NCBI GenBank assembly: GCA_951812955.1
Contig: OX638340.1
Coordinates: 3,424,001-3,488,000 of the forward strand
Source: an uncultured Gemmatimonadota bacterium
Lineage (GTDB): Bacteria; JAAXHH01
Direction: 5' to 3'
DNA length: 64,000 bases
Below the pieces are notes generated by a model, which was not told where the DNA came from, searched no databases, and was given only the letters and a program-made list of their open reading frames with translations. Positions 20,459 to 30,013 of this stretch are shown here, in pieces (position 1 is the first letter of the stretch; every line of letters starts with the position of its first letter). The translations under genes and the position numbers were made by a program.

Positions 20459-20687
20459 GATCGTGCATACTAAGCCCCCCGAAGGCGCCGTGTCAAGTTA
20501 CTCCTCCGGTCTCGAGATCCTGGCGGCGGTGTGATCACATCTCTGGAGAATCCGGGATCGTTGACATGGTTCATACAGCCGTCTATATTCCGTTCGCTTG
20601 CCGATACACACCTTAGTGAACAAGCGAAAGTGAATAAGCGGATCCTTCGCGGAATCGAATTCAATAAGTTTCAGAGAGGAGCCTTTG

Positions 20688-21776
20688 ATGTCCACGGTCT
20701 ATCGCGTCGGCATAATCGGGTGCGGCAGCATCTCGCACCTCCACATGAAGGGATACCTGGGCGAAGAGCGGTTCGAGGTCGTCGCACTATCGGACCCGGT
20801 TGCCGAGGCCAGGAAGGATTTCGGTGACCGCTACGGAATCGAAAAACGCTATGCCGATGTCCGTGAGATGATGGACACCGAGGGCCTGGACGTCGTCAGC
20901 ATCTGCACCTGGCACAAGCTGCACGCCCCCCTGACCATCGCCGCCTGCGCGCGTCGGCCGAAGGCCATCCTGTGCGAGAAGCCCATGGCCGTCAACATGG
21001 GGGAGTGCGACGAGATGATGATCGCGGCGCGGCGGAACGACGTGAAGCTCGCCATCGCCCACCAGCGCCGTTTCAATCCGGTCTGGACCGACGCCCGGAA
21101 CCTGGTGGCGGAAGGGGCGATCGGCGACGTGCGCCACGTCCACTGCAGTGGCAGCCAGGGCCTGCTGAACGACTGCTCCCACATGTTCGATTTCATGCGC
21201 TACGTCCTGGGCGATCCCGCGCCGGAGTGGGTGATGGGGAACATCGAACGCAAGACCGACCGGTACGAGCGGGATATCCGCATCGAGGACCGCAGCGCGG
21301 GAATCGTGGGCTTTGACAACGGCGCCGTGGGACAACTCCTGCAGGAGCTTCATCCGGAACGCCGCCAGGGCGGTTACCTCTACGGAACTGACGGCATGAT
21401 GGACGTGAACGAGCAGCGCGTTCTGCTTATCAATTCGAAGACCGGCGGCTGGGAGGAACGGCCGTCCACCGGCGAGGATCCGAGTGTGGGCCAGGCCGTG
21501 GAACTGGCTGACTGGATCGAAGGCAAGTCGGAACACCGGGGAGAGGCCTCGAACGGCCGGGCTGCCGTGGAGATCATCATGGGGATCTACGAGTCGGCGC
21601 GGCTTCACGAGGTCGTCCAGATGCCCGTGCGCACCCACAGTTCGCCCATCGAGGAAATGCTCGAGGCTGGCGACCTGCCCGTGGAACGCCCCGGCCGGTA
21701 CGACATTCGCGCCTTCCTCCTGCGCGGGGAGTCCATGCAGGGTGAGGAGCCGGACGAAGAAGATGAGGAAGAATGA
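20688..21776 (+). CDS. Gfo/Idh/MocA family NAD(P)-dependent oxidoreductase
   Basis: Rossmann motif VGIIGCGSISHLHMKGY. EKP motif LCEKPMAV. Acidic C-terminal tail EEPDEEDEEE. Confidence 0.8.
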   Translation: MSTVYRVGIIGCGSISHLHMKGYLGEERFEVVALSDPVAEARKDFGDRYGIEKRYADVREMMDTEGLDVVSICTWHKLHAPLTIAACARRPKAILCEKPMAVNMGECDEMMIAARRNDVKLAIAHQRRFNPVWTDARNLVAEGAIGDVRHVHCSGSQGLLNDCSHMFDFMRYVLGDPAPEWVMGNIERKTDRYERDIRIEDRSAGIVGFDNGAVGQLLQELHPERRQGGYLYGTDGMMDVNEQRVLLINSKTGGWEERPSTGEDPSVGQAVELADWIEGKSEHRGEASNGRAAVEIIMGIYESARLHEVVQMPVRTHSSPIEEMLEAGDLPVERPGRYDIRAFLLRGESMQGEEPDEEDEEE

Positions 21777-21791
21777 CCGGTCACGGTCCCG

Positions 21792-21866
21792 TGACCACGC
21801 TCAGACCGACGAGACCCGCGACCACGCTCAGACCGACGAGGCCCGTGACCACGCTCAGCAGGGCGA
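21792..21866. repeat. 27-bp tandem repeat x~3 immediately 3' of the Gfo/Idh/MocA gene
   Basis: gaccacgctcagaccgacgagacccgc x2 plus a partial copy. Preceded by the perfect hairpin ccggtcacgg-tc-ccgtgacc. Confidence 0.75.
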
Positions 21867-21930
21867 AGTTCGATCCGAGGCGGATATCGGCGGAGCAGGC
21901 GACGGTGCACAGATCGGCGAAGCACGCAAA

Positions 21931-22929
21931 ATGGCGGAGATCGGCCGAACGGGGTTGATGGTCAGCCGCCTGGGTCTGGGCGGCGCACCGCTGGCCGGTC
22001 TGTACCAGGGGGTTTCCGACGAGCAGGCCTCCCGGGTTGTGAACACCTACCTCGATCACGGCCCCGGATTTATCGACACGGCCCCGCTCTACGGCAGCGG
22101 CGTGAGCGAGACAAGGTTGGGCGCCGTACTATCGGAGCGAGTCCGCAATGCGCGCGTATTCTGCGACGGTCGCGGTTCCTTTGTGCTCGCCACCAAGGTG
22201 GGCCGCCTCCTCGTGCCCGACCCGGCGCGGGACCAGGACGTGTGGTCTGAGGATCTCCCGCCCGTCGGCCCCGTCTTCGACTACAGCTACGACGGCACGC
22301 TACGGTCTCTCGATGAGAGTCTCGCTCGCCTTGGCCTGGATAAGGTGGATATCCTCCATATCCACGACCCGGACAACCACTACGATGAGGCGATGAGGGG
22401 CAGCTACCGGGCGCTCGTAAGAATGCGCGACGAGGGAGTCATCCGGGCGGTCGGCGTTGGCATGAACCAGGCGAAAATGCTGGCCCGTTTTTCCCAGGAA
22501 GGTGACTTCGACTGTTTTCTTTGTGCGGGCAGATACACCCTGGTGGACCACACGGCGCTCAAGCGGCTGCTGCCCCTGTGCGAAGAACGCAAGATCAGCC
22601 TCATTATCGGCGGGCCCTACAACAGCGGCATCCTGGCGCAGGGCGCTGTGGAAGGGGCGAAGTTCGATTACCGGAAAGCACCGCCCGGGATCGTGGAGCG
22701 GGTTCGTCGCGTCGAAACGGTGTGCGGCCGCCACGGCACGCCCCTGAAGGCGGCGGCGCTGCAGTTCCCCCTGGCCCATCCAGCGGTGGCAGCGGTCATT
22801 CCGGGTGCGCGTTCGCCTGAGGAAGTGGATGAGAACGTGGCGATGGCGGAGTTTGAGATTCCGGCGGATTTCTGGGCGGAACTTCGACAGGAAGGGTTGA
22901 TCCCTGACGAGGCGCCCACGCCCGGATAG
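21931..22929 (+). CDS. aldo/keto reductase family oxidoreductase
   Basis: MAEIGRTGLMVSRLGLGGAPLAG... The track ORF began 149 codons upstream, inside the tandem-repeat region, and was trimmed. Confidence 0.8.
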   Translation: MAEIGRTGLMVSRLGLGGAPLAGLYQGVSDEQASRVVNTYLDHGPGFIDTAPLYGSGVSETRLGAVLSERVRNARVFCDGRGSFVLATKVGRLLVPDPARDQDVWSEDLPPVGPVFDYSYDGTLRSLDESLARLGLDKVDILHIHDPDNHYDEAMRGSYRALVRMRDEGVIRAVGVGMNQAKMLARFSQEGDFDCFLCAGRYTLVDHTALKRLLPLCEERKISLIIGGPYNSGILAQGAVEGAKFDYRKAPPGIVERVRRVETVCGRHGTPLKAAALQFPLAHPAVAAVIPGARSPEEVDENVAMAEFEIPADFWAELRQEGLIPDEAPTPG

Positions 22930-23128
22930 TGAAGTAGGTCGCATGTATATCTAAAAACGCGGAAAAATATATTGTCAATATTGATGAAAATAACAATCAA
23001 CCTATAAATCCGGTTTTGATATATATGAGGGACGCCCCTCGCCACGGTCCGCTGCCGGTAGTGTGCGCCTCGCGCCCGGCTGGCTCCGTGCCCCTCAGTC
23101 CGCGAAACGCACTTGAAAGGAGATCCCA

Positions 23129-23485
23129 ATGACCGCATCTGAGAACGCATCTGAAGCCACTCCCCAACGCTATGGCATGGTCCTCAAGGTCAAGCCTGAC
23201 CGGATCGAGGAATACAAGGCATACCACGCCGAGGTCTGGCCCGGCGTTGCGAAGAGGATCACGGAAAGCAACATCACCAACTACTCCATCTATCTGAAGG
23301 ACGATTACCTCTTCTCCTATTTCGAGTACGTCGGGGACGATTTCGAGGCGGACATGGCTAAAATGGCCGCCGACCCGGTCACGCAGGAGTGGTGGGACGT
23401 GATGATGCCGATGCAGGACCCCCTGCCAACGCGGAAGGAAGGCGAATGGTGGGCGAATATGGAGGAAGTCTTTCACCAGGATTGA
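23129..23485 (+). CDS. rhaM: L-rhamnose mutarotase
   Basis: AAAGGAG RBS. YGMVLKVKPDRIEEYKAYHAEVWPGV...NYSIYLKDDYLFSYFEY...WWDVMMPMQ...EEVFH matches the RhaM family end-to-end. Confidence 0.75.
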   Translation: MTASENASEATPQRYGMVLKVKPDRIEEYKAYHAEVWPGVAKRITESNITNYSIYLKDDYLFSYFEYVGDDFEADMAKMAADPVTQEWWDVMMPMQDPLPTRKEGEWWANMEEVFHQD

Positions 23486-23778
23486 GTACAAACACTTCCC
23501 AGACGGACTTTCATATGTTCGTTCGTCTTAGACCGTTGCCAATGAACCGATTGTCGATTATGTTTTCGGGTACTACCCATCCGGTATTGTTTGAGAAATA
23601 ACAGTCCGGTATTGTGCGAGTACTACTCATCCGGCATCGTGCGAGTAATTCTTTTCAGGTATTGAATGAACGCACCAATGATAAGGTTTGAGAAAAGTTA
23701 ATGATGAGATTAAAGAAGAGTTTTAAAAGAAAACTCAGGATATCATAGGAAAACATAGGAGAACATAGGAGAACGTCC

Positions 23779-24672
23779 ATGGCCCTGACTGAAGCGCAAC
23801 TGGCTGAATTCCACGACCGCGGATTGGTGGTCGTGGAAGACGTGCTGGCCGACGCCGATCTCGATCCCGTGATCGACGCGATGACGGAGTATGTCGACCT
23901 GCAGGCACGGAAACTGCAGGCCGAGGGCAAGATCGCCGACCTGCATGAAGACGAACCCTTCCTGACACGATACGCCCGGTTGTTCGCCCAAAGCACGGAG
24001 ATCGGCCACGGGATGGATATCTACGACCTGCGGGCGAAGGCGGTCTTCGATTTCCTGCGGAACGACAACCTGCTCGACGCCGTGGAATCCCTGGTGGGAT
24101 CCGAAATCACCTGCTCGCCGATCCAGCACCTGCGGGCCAAGCCGCCGTCCCGCCTTGACGCCAGCCCGTCCTATAACGTGCCCTGGCACCAGGATTCCGG
24201 GGTGAGCTGGGCGGAGTCCGACAAGACCCTGGCGCTGACCTGCTGGCTGCCCCTCGTGGACGCCACGGTGGAGCGGGGCTGCCTGGAGGTGATCCCGGAC
24301 GTGATCAAGGTCGGCCATCTCGACCACGTGTCGGACGCCGGAACGCGTATAAAACCGGACCTCATGCCCGAGACCGAAGCGCTACCGGCTGAAGTGCGCA
24401 AGGGCGGGGTCGTTTTCCTGAGCCAGTATACACCGCACCGTTCGACGCCCAACCTGACGCAGTGGGATGTGCGCTGGAGCCTTGACCTGCGGTACGTGGC
24501 CTACGGTGAGCCGACTGGGCGGCCCTTCTTTCCCGATTTCTGCGTGCGGAGCCGCACCCATCCTGAACGGGTCCTGACCGATCACCAGGTCTGGGCCGAC
24601 AGCTGGGTCGCGGCCCTTGAGGAACAAATACGCAATCCCAAGCAGGCCCACCGTGTCGCCCAGGAACCCTGA
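23779..24672 (+). CDS. phytanoyl-CoA dioxygenase (PhyH) family Fe(II)/2-oxoglutarate oxygenase
   Basis: LTEAQLAEFHDRGLVVVEDVL... WHQD His motif and C-terminal His. The RBS region carries three copies of aacataggag. Confidence 0.7.
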   Translation: MALTEAQLAEFHDRGLVVVEDVLADADLDPVIDAMTEYVDLQARKLQAEGKIADLHEDEPFLTRYARLFAQSTEIGHGMDIYDLRAKAVFDFLRNDNLLDAVESLVGSEITCSPIQHLRAKPPSRLDASPSYNVPWHQDSGVSWAESDKTLALTCWLPLVDATVERGCLEVIPDVIKVGHLDHVSDAGTRIKPDLMPETEALPAEVRKGGVVFLSQYTPHRSTPNLTQWDVRWSLDLRYVAYGEPTGRPFFPDFCVRSRTHPERVLTDHQVWADSWVAALEEQIRNPKQAHRVAQEP

Positions 24673-24709
24673 GGACACCTGATCCAAGAGGCACACCATG
24701 CTTTGAGGC

Positions 24710-24919
24710 CTGACCTCAGGCGCCAGGTTCGGCGCCCTTCTCGGCAGTCTGATCATTCCCGGTCTGGGACAGTTGTACCAGGGTCGCAGGCCGGCCGCGG
24801 TCATACACTTCATCCTCGCGGTCGTGATCTGGTTGATCGGCTACGGCTGGATCGTTCATCTGTATTCCGCGGTCGACGCGGCATTTCAGGCACCGCGCGG
24901 CGAAGGCTGCAAAACGTAA
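24710..24919 (+). CDS. possible small membrane protein (PGLGQLYQG motif)
   Basis: Open frame ...LGSLIIPGLGQLYQGRRPAAVIHFILAVVIWLIGYGWIVHLYS... ending at TAA 24917-24919. No ATG start (CTG or other non-canonical start only). Low confidence. Confidence 0.25.
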   Translation: MTSGARFGALLGSLIIPGLGQLYQGRRPAAVIHFILAVVIWLIGYGWIVHLYSAVDAAFQAPRGEGCKT

Positions 24920-24941
24920 ACCTTACAGTCCTGGTTACGGT

Positions 24942-25058
24942 GAACGCATCGGCGCCCGCCGGCAGGGGTGCGCGTCTCTGATCGCATCGGCGCCCGCTGG
25001 CAGGTGCGCGTCTATGAACGCATCGGTGCTCGCCGGCAGGGGTGCACGTCTGCGAACC
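24942..25058. repeat. ~40-bp tandem repeat x3
   Basis: gaacgcatcggcgcccgccggcaggggtgcgcgtct(ctgatc) repeated three times with variants. Confidence 0.75.
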
Positions 25059-25098
25059 ATAAACCAGACAAACCACATTCAACAGGAAGAGGTCATGC

Positions 25099-25965
25099 AT
25101 GAGTTTCGGTAACGGGGCCTACAGGTACGAGGTGCAGGAAAACTGGTGGAAGCTTCCTGAAGGGTGGTCCTTCGGATGGATAACCGGAGTCGCCTGCGAT
25201 TCAAAGGACCAGGTGTACGTCTATTCCCGAAGCGAGCATCCCCTGGTGGTCTTCGACCGCGACGGAACGTTTGTCAAGACCATCGGCGACGGCATACTGA
25301 AGGACGCTCATGGTATATACATCGACGGAGAGGACAACATCTTCCTGGTCGACTGGCTGGACCACTGCGTCCGCAAGTTCGACGCGGACGGGAACCAGGT
25401 CCTGGTGATTGGCACGCCCGGTGTTCCGAGCGACAACGACGGTGATCCTTTCCGCAAGCCGACGGAAGCGGTCGTCGCGCCGAACGGAGATATCTACGTG
25501 TCCGACGGGTACGACAACGCCCGGGTACACCGGTACGACGCCGAAGGGAACCACATCCACTCCTGGGGCAGCTGGGGTGACGGCCCCTCCCAGTTCGCGC
25601 TGAGCCACTGCGTCCGCATTGACCGGCATGACCGGCTGTGGGTGTGTGATCGTGAAAACCAGCGCATCCAGCTATTCGACCTGGAAGGCAAGTTTATCGA
25701 GGAGCGACACGTTCCTGGCAAACCCGACACCGTCTACTTTGATCCGGTAGAAGATATAGCGTACGTGGCCGAGCTGGAACAACAGGTGGGTATCTACACC
25801 CTGGACGGCGACCTGGTCAGCAGCTGGGGCGGCGGTAAGCGGAGCGATCGGCCGGGCGAATTCGCCGGCTGTCCCCACGGCATCTGGATGGACTCCCACG
25901 GCGACCTCTATGTCGGCGAAGTTCAGGCCGACGCCAGGCTGCAGAAGTTCGTGAGATCGAGGTAA
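25099..25965 (+). CDS. NHL-repeat beta-propeller protein
   Basis: 288 aa. Repeated ...VYVSDGYDNARVHRYD..., ...LWVCDRENQRIQLFD..., ...DLYVGEV... blades typical of NHL repeats. Confidence 0.7.
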   Translation: MSFGNGAYRYEVQENWWKLPEGWSFGWITGVACDSKDQVYVYSRSEHPLVVFDRDGTFVKTIGDGILKDAHGIYIDGEDNIFLVDWLDHCVRKFDADGNQVLVIGTPGVPSDNDGDPFRKPTEAVVAPNGDIYVSDGYDNARVHRYDAEGNHIHSWGSWGDGPSQFALSHCVRIDRHDRLWVCDRENQRIQLFDLEGKFIEERHVPGKPDTVYFDPVEDIAYVAELEQQVGIYTLDGDLVSSWGGGKRSDRPGEFAGCPHGIWMDSHGDLYVGEVQADARLQKFVRSR

Positions 25966-26070
25966 TTAGGCAATCGAGGACACTCGGCGACCGAGGTAAT
26001 CCGGCAATCGAGGACACTCGGCGATCGAGGTAATTCGGCAATCGAGGACACTCGGCGACCGAAGTAATAC
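25958..26070. repeat. 36-bp tandem repeat x3 anchored on the NHL gene's stop codon
   Basis: Copy 1 includes the last codons and the TAA of the NHL gene. Unit cgaggtaatccggcaatcgaggacactcggcgac. Confidence 0.8.
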
Positions 26071-26210
26071 GTGCGATCGGGGGAATACGCAGTACGGTTC
26101 CGGTCGACGAGTCCTCAGGTCCTACAGATTCCCTTCTGGCCCTGCAATTCCACGTAGCAGATCCCTTCTAGGTTTAGACCAGGATTCACCAAAACCTCCG
26201 GCTGCTGGAA

Positions 26211-28613
26211 ATGACCGATACTGACGAACGACATCGTGATACCCGCACGGACCGAGACCGGCTCGTGAGGCTGAGCCAGGCCAGTCTGCGCATAAGCGAA
26301 AGCCTGGATGTCGATACCGTGCTGCACGAGGTCGTGGAGAGCGCGTGCGAATTAACGGGTGCCGCAGCCGGGGGGATCGTCGCGGTGGATCACACAGGAA
26401 GTGTAAAGGATTTCGTTACGTATGGGGTGCGTCCCGAGGAGTACCAGAAGTGTCTTGACCTGCCGATCGGACCGAGATTGTGGGAAACCCTTCGCCGGTT
26501 GACGCAACCGCTAAGAATCAACGACCTTTCGTCCCATCTCGTATCGCAGGGTTTTCCTGACGATCCATGGCTGGCCCGGAGCTTTCTGGGTGTGCCTGTT
26601 CGGCATCAGGGCGATTTCATCGGATTCTTCTGTCTTACCGACAAGAGAGCTGGTGAGACCTTCACTGACGAAGACGAGGGGATCCTGGTCCTGTTCGCTT
26701 CTCAGGCCGCCGCCGCGATTGTCAATGCCCGCAGGCATGGCGAAATGCAGCGGGCAAGGGCCGACCTCGAAGTTTTGATCGACACCTCTCCCGTGGGTGT
26801 AGTGGTATTCGATGCCAGAACCGGAAAAATAACATCGTATAACCGGGAGACGCAACGCATTGTGGAGGAGCTCCTGGATCCTGGCCAGCCGACCGAAGAA
26901 CTAATGGACATACTCAGTGTGCAGCGCGCCGATGGACGTGAGATCGTGCTGGAGGACTCCGATCCGGCCGAGGTGTTCATGGACGCCACGGCGATCCGGG
27001 CCGAGGAGATTGTCCTCGTCGTTCCGGACGGACGAAAAATATCCACGCTGGTCAACGCCACCCCGATCTGCACCGAAAAGGGCGAGGTGGAGACGGTGGT
27101 CGTCACCTTGCAGGACATGACGTCCCGGGAGGACCTCGAGCGCATGCGTACCCAGTTCCTGGGCATGGTGAGTCACGAACTGAGAGCGCCGCTTACGTCG
27201 ATCAAGGGTTGCGCGGCTACTGCGTTGGGGACCCCGTCGATACTGGATCCGGCCGAGGTCCGGCAGTTTTTCCGCATCATCGATGAACAGGCGGATAACA
27301 TGCGTGAACTGATCGGCGACCTGCTGGATGCGGTCCACATCGATACAGGCACACTGTCTGTAACCCCGGAACCTGTGGAACTGGCTATCATGCTGGACCA
27401 GGCCCGTAACATGTACTTGAGCAGCGGAAGGAGAAGTCCGGTCAGTGTTGATCTGCCGGCTGATCTGCCGAAGGTGAAGGCGGACCGGCAGCGCGTCATA
27501 CAGGTGCTGGTGAATCTCCTATCCAATGCCTCCCGGCACGCGCCCGAGTCGTCTACGATACGGGTACAGGTGGTGCAGGAAGACTACCATGTAGCAATTT
27601 CAGTAATCGACGAGGGCCGGGGGATACCAGAGGATCGCCTGCCCCACCTGTTCCAGAAATTCGTTCAAAGTGGCCGGGAGGACCGCGGCCGCGGCGTAGG
27701 GGAGGGCCTCGGGCTGGCGATATGCAAGGGTCTGGTAGAAGCGCATGGTGGCCGAATCTGGGCTGAAAGCGAAGCCGACGGACTCGGCACGCGATTCACG
27801 TTTACTTTACCCGTGGTTGAAGTGGCCAAAGCAGAATTCGAAGTGACTTCAACAGGGCCCGAAGTGACTTCAACAGGGTCCGAAGTGACTTCAGCACGGG
27901 AGAAAGAGGGCAAGGATCGGAGAGTCCGGCATACGCCTTGCATACTCGCGGTGGATGACGATCCGATGGCTCTGGGACAGATCCGGGAGATCCTCAAGGG
28001 CGCGGGATTCACGCCACTTATCACGGGAGATCCCAAAGAGGTGCCGGACCTGATAGAAACCCGTCAGCCCGACCTGGTACTGCTGGATCTGCTGCTGCCG
28101 AAGAGCGATGGGATCGAACTGATGCAAAGCGAGCCTGCCTTGGCTGATCAGCCGGTCATCTTCCTGTCGGCGTACGGCCGGGACGAGACCATAGTCAAGG
28201 CCCTGGAAGTGGGTGCGGTCGACTACATAGTCAAGCCGTTCTCACCGTCGGAACTCGTGGCCAGGATACAGTCGGCACTTCGTAAGCATGACAGCGCGCC
28301 AGAGCCATTTCAGTCCGGCAGTCTCTATATCAACTATGAAGAACGGAATGCCGTTCTGGATGGCCGGCCACTGAAGCTGACCGCCACCGAGTACGGTCTG
28401 CTCAGGTTGCTTTCAGTCAACGCGGGTCGGGTGGTCACCCATGACAAGCTGCTACGTAGTGTGTGGCGGTCGAGTAAACCTGGTGACGCCCGGGTGGTGC
28501 ACGCGTTCGTGAAGAAACTCCGCCAGAAGCTGGGCGATGAAAGCAGCAATCCTACCTACATTTTCACCGAACACCGGGTTGGCTACCGAATGGCACGACC
28601 GGATGATGCATAA
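26211..28613 (+). CDS. all-in-one two-component regulator: GAF-PAS sensor / histidine kinase / receiver / OmpR-type winged-helix DNA-binding domain
   Basis: 800 aa. GAF (LRISESLDVDTVLHEVVESACELTGAAAGGIVAVD...). PAS. HisKA H-box MVSHELRAPLTSIKG. HATPase_c (VIDEGRGIP...GLGLAICKGLVEAHGG). Linker with 21-bp repeats (EVTSTGPEVTSTGSEVTS). REC (ILAVDDDPMALGQIREIL...VLLDLLLP). C-terminal trans_reg_C (LTATEYGLLRLL...VKKLRQKL...YIFTEHRVGYRM). Confidence 0.85.
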   Translation: MTDTDERHRDTRTDRDRLVRLSQASLRISESLDVDTVLHEVVESACELTGAAAGGIVAVDHTGSVKDFVTYGVRPEEYQKCLDLPIGPRLWETLRRLTQPLRINDLSSHLVSQGFPDDPWLARSFLGVPVRHQGDFIGFFCLTDKRAGETFTDEDEGILVLFASQAAAAIVNARRHGEMQRARADLEVLIDTSPVGVVVFDARTGKITSYNRETQRIVEELLDPGQPTEELMDILSVQRADGREIVLEDSDPAEVFMDATAIRAEEIVLVVPDGRKISTLVNATPICTEKGEVETVVVTLQDMTSREDLERMRTQFLGMVSHELRAPLTSIKGCAATALGTPSILDPAEVRQFFRIIDEQADNMRELIGDLLDAVHIDTGTLSVTPEPVELAIMLDQARNMYLSSGRRSPVSVDLPADLPKVKADRQRVIQVLVNLLSNASRHAPESSTIRVQVVQEDYHVAISVIDEGRGIPEDRLPHLFQKFVQSGREDRGRGVGEGLGLAICKGLVEAHGGRIWAESEADGLGTRFTFTLPVVEVAKAEFEVTSTGPEVTSTGSEVTSAREKEGKDRRVRHTPCILAVDDDPMALGQIREILKGAGFTPLITGDPKEVPDLIETRQPDLVLLDLLLPKSDGIELMQSEPALADQPVIFLSAYGRDETIVKALEVGAVDYIVKPFSPSELVARIQSALRKHDSAPEPFQSGSLYINYEERNAVLDGRPLKLTATEYGLLRLLSVNAGRVVTHDKLLRSVWRSSKPGDARVVHAFVKKLRQKLGDESSNPTYIFTEHRVGYRMARPDDA

Positions 28614-28892
28614 AGAGTGGATTTTCGACGAACTGAAGTGTGAATTACCGACAACGTAATGTGTGGATTTACGACGGAACGCACTTCTTTGAATACGATC
28701 AGTCCATTACGGCATCGGGCCGCTCCTCCTGACCTGTCGATGCACCTTTCCTGCTGGAAGCTATTTCACCGGTAATTGTCTTTCCATGTGGCCCCCTCAC
28801 TTTCTCCTTGATAATATCCCTGCCGTTTCATCATTTTAGCTATTCGTTTTTGACACTCCATTGATACTCCTGACTCCAGTATAGGGGCGTTC

Positions 28893-29723
28893 ATGCGTAT
28901 CATCGACCCCCACACCCACGTCTGGATCAACGACCCCGCCTTTCCCTGGCCGGCGGAAAGTACAGGCCAGGTCCCCGAGGACAGGACGGCGGAGATGCTC
29001 CTTGACCTGATGGACCGTCACGGCGTGGAGAAGACTGTCCTGGTTCAGTATATCGGATTCCGATGGGACAACTCGTACGTGTCCCACGTTCTGCGCAAGT
29101 ACCCCGACAAATTCGCTGGGGTCTGCCGCGTCAATCCCGAAGATCCGGCCGCGCCGGACCACCTGAGCCACTGGGTGGAAGAACACGGATTCCAAGGGGT
29201 GCGGCTCAGCCCCTCCGCGGGACCGGAAGGAGACTGGTTCACGGGTCCCCTCATGCCGCCGATCTTCCGGCGCGCCGAGGACCTTCGTGTACCACTGCTC
29301 ATGCTCACGCGTCCCGGACGTCTTACGGACCTGGCCCGGCTTTTGGACCGCTTTCCGGATCTCGACGTGGTCGTGGACCACATGGCCGACGCGCGCCCCG
29401 ACCGTCCGGAGGAGATCCGGGCCGTCCTCGACCTGGCGCGGTACCCTAACGTCTACGTGAAGATCAGCCATACGTGGTCCATTTCGAATCAGGACTATCC
29501 CTGGCCGGACACCCATGACATGGTCGAGGCGGTATACCAGGCCTTCGGAGGACGCCGTATCATGTGGAGCACCGACTGGCCTGTCTGCCTCCCGAAGGCC
29601 GATTACGGCCAGACCCTTTCCGTCGTCCGCGACGAGATGCGGTTCATCTCACCTGAAGATCTGGTCCGCGTGCTGGGTGGCACGGCCCTGGGGCTGTGGA
29701 CCTTCGAAGATCGGAAGGCCTGA
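28893..29723 (+). CDS. amidohydrolase_2 family metal-dependent hydrolase (sugar-acid lactonase-like TIM barrel)
   Basis: MRIIDPHTHVWINDPAFPWP... HxH and downstream His/Asp pattern of PF04909. Confidence 0.7.
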   Translation: MRIIDPHTHVWINDPAFPWPAESTGQVPEDRTAEMLLDLMDRHGVEKTVLVQYIGFRWDNSYVSHVLRKYPDKFAGVCRVNPEDPAAPDHLSHWVEEHGFQGVRLSPSAGPEGDWFTGPLMPPIFRRAEDLRVPLLMLTRPGRLTDLARLLDRFPDLDVVVDHMADARPDRPEEIRAVLDLARYPNVYVKISHTWSISNQDYPWPDTHDMVEAVYQAFGGRRIMWSTDWPVCLPKADYGQTLSVVRDEMRFISPEDLVRVLGGTALGLWTFEDRKA

Positions 29724-30013
29724 AGTGATCAATCGGCCAGGGGCACGATTCCAGGGCACGCTGCCGGGCCGCATGCGGAATGGTCACCGCGTGAACCTTG
29801 ATTATATTAGTCGGAAGAGTCATGGCAGTTCTCGAATAAAAAACTTAAAACCGCAGAAACTGCGGCATTTTCGGTATCCGCAGCAACTTTAGCATCTGGA
29901 GTACCAGTAGCATCCGCGTGAACCGCGTGAACCGCGTCAACTGCGGCACCTGTAGCAACCACGGCATCGATAGCATATGATGAACGCACGATATCACGCT
30001 CAAAGGAGTACCC

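Noticed and set aside
21484-22929. 481-aa version of the second aldo/keto reductase ORF
   Set aside because: The upstream 149 codons overlap the Gfo/Idh/MocA gene end and the 27-bp tandem repeats (RDHAQTDE repeats). The canonical AKR start MAEIGRTG is at 21931.
24703-24981. ORF 24703..24981 (92 aa, Arg-rich)
   Set aside because: It has no features of a real protein. The overlapping alternative frame encodes a plausible small membrane protein, and its 3' part is a tandem repeat.
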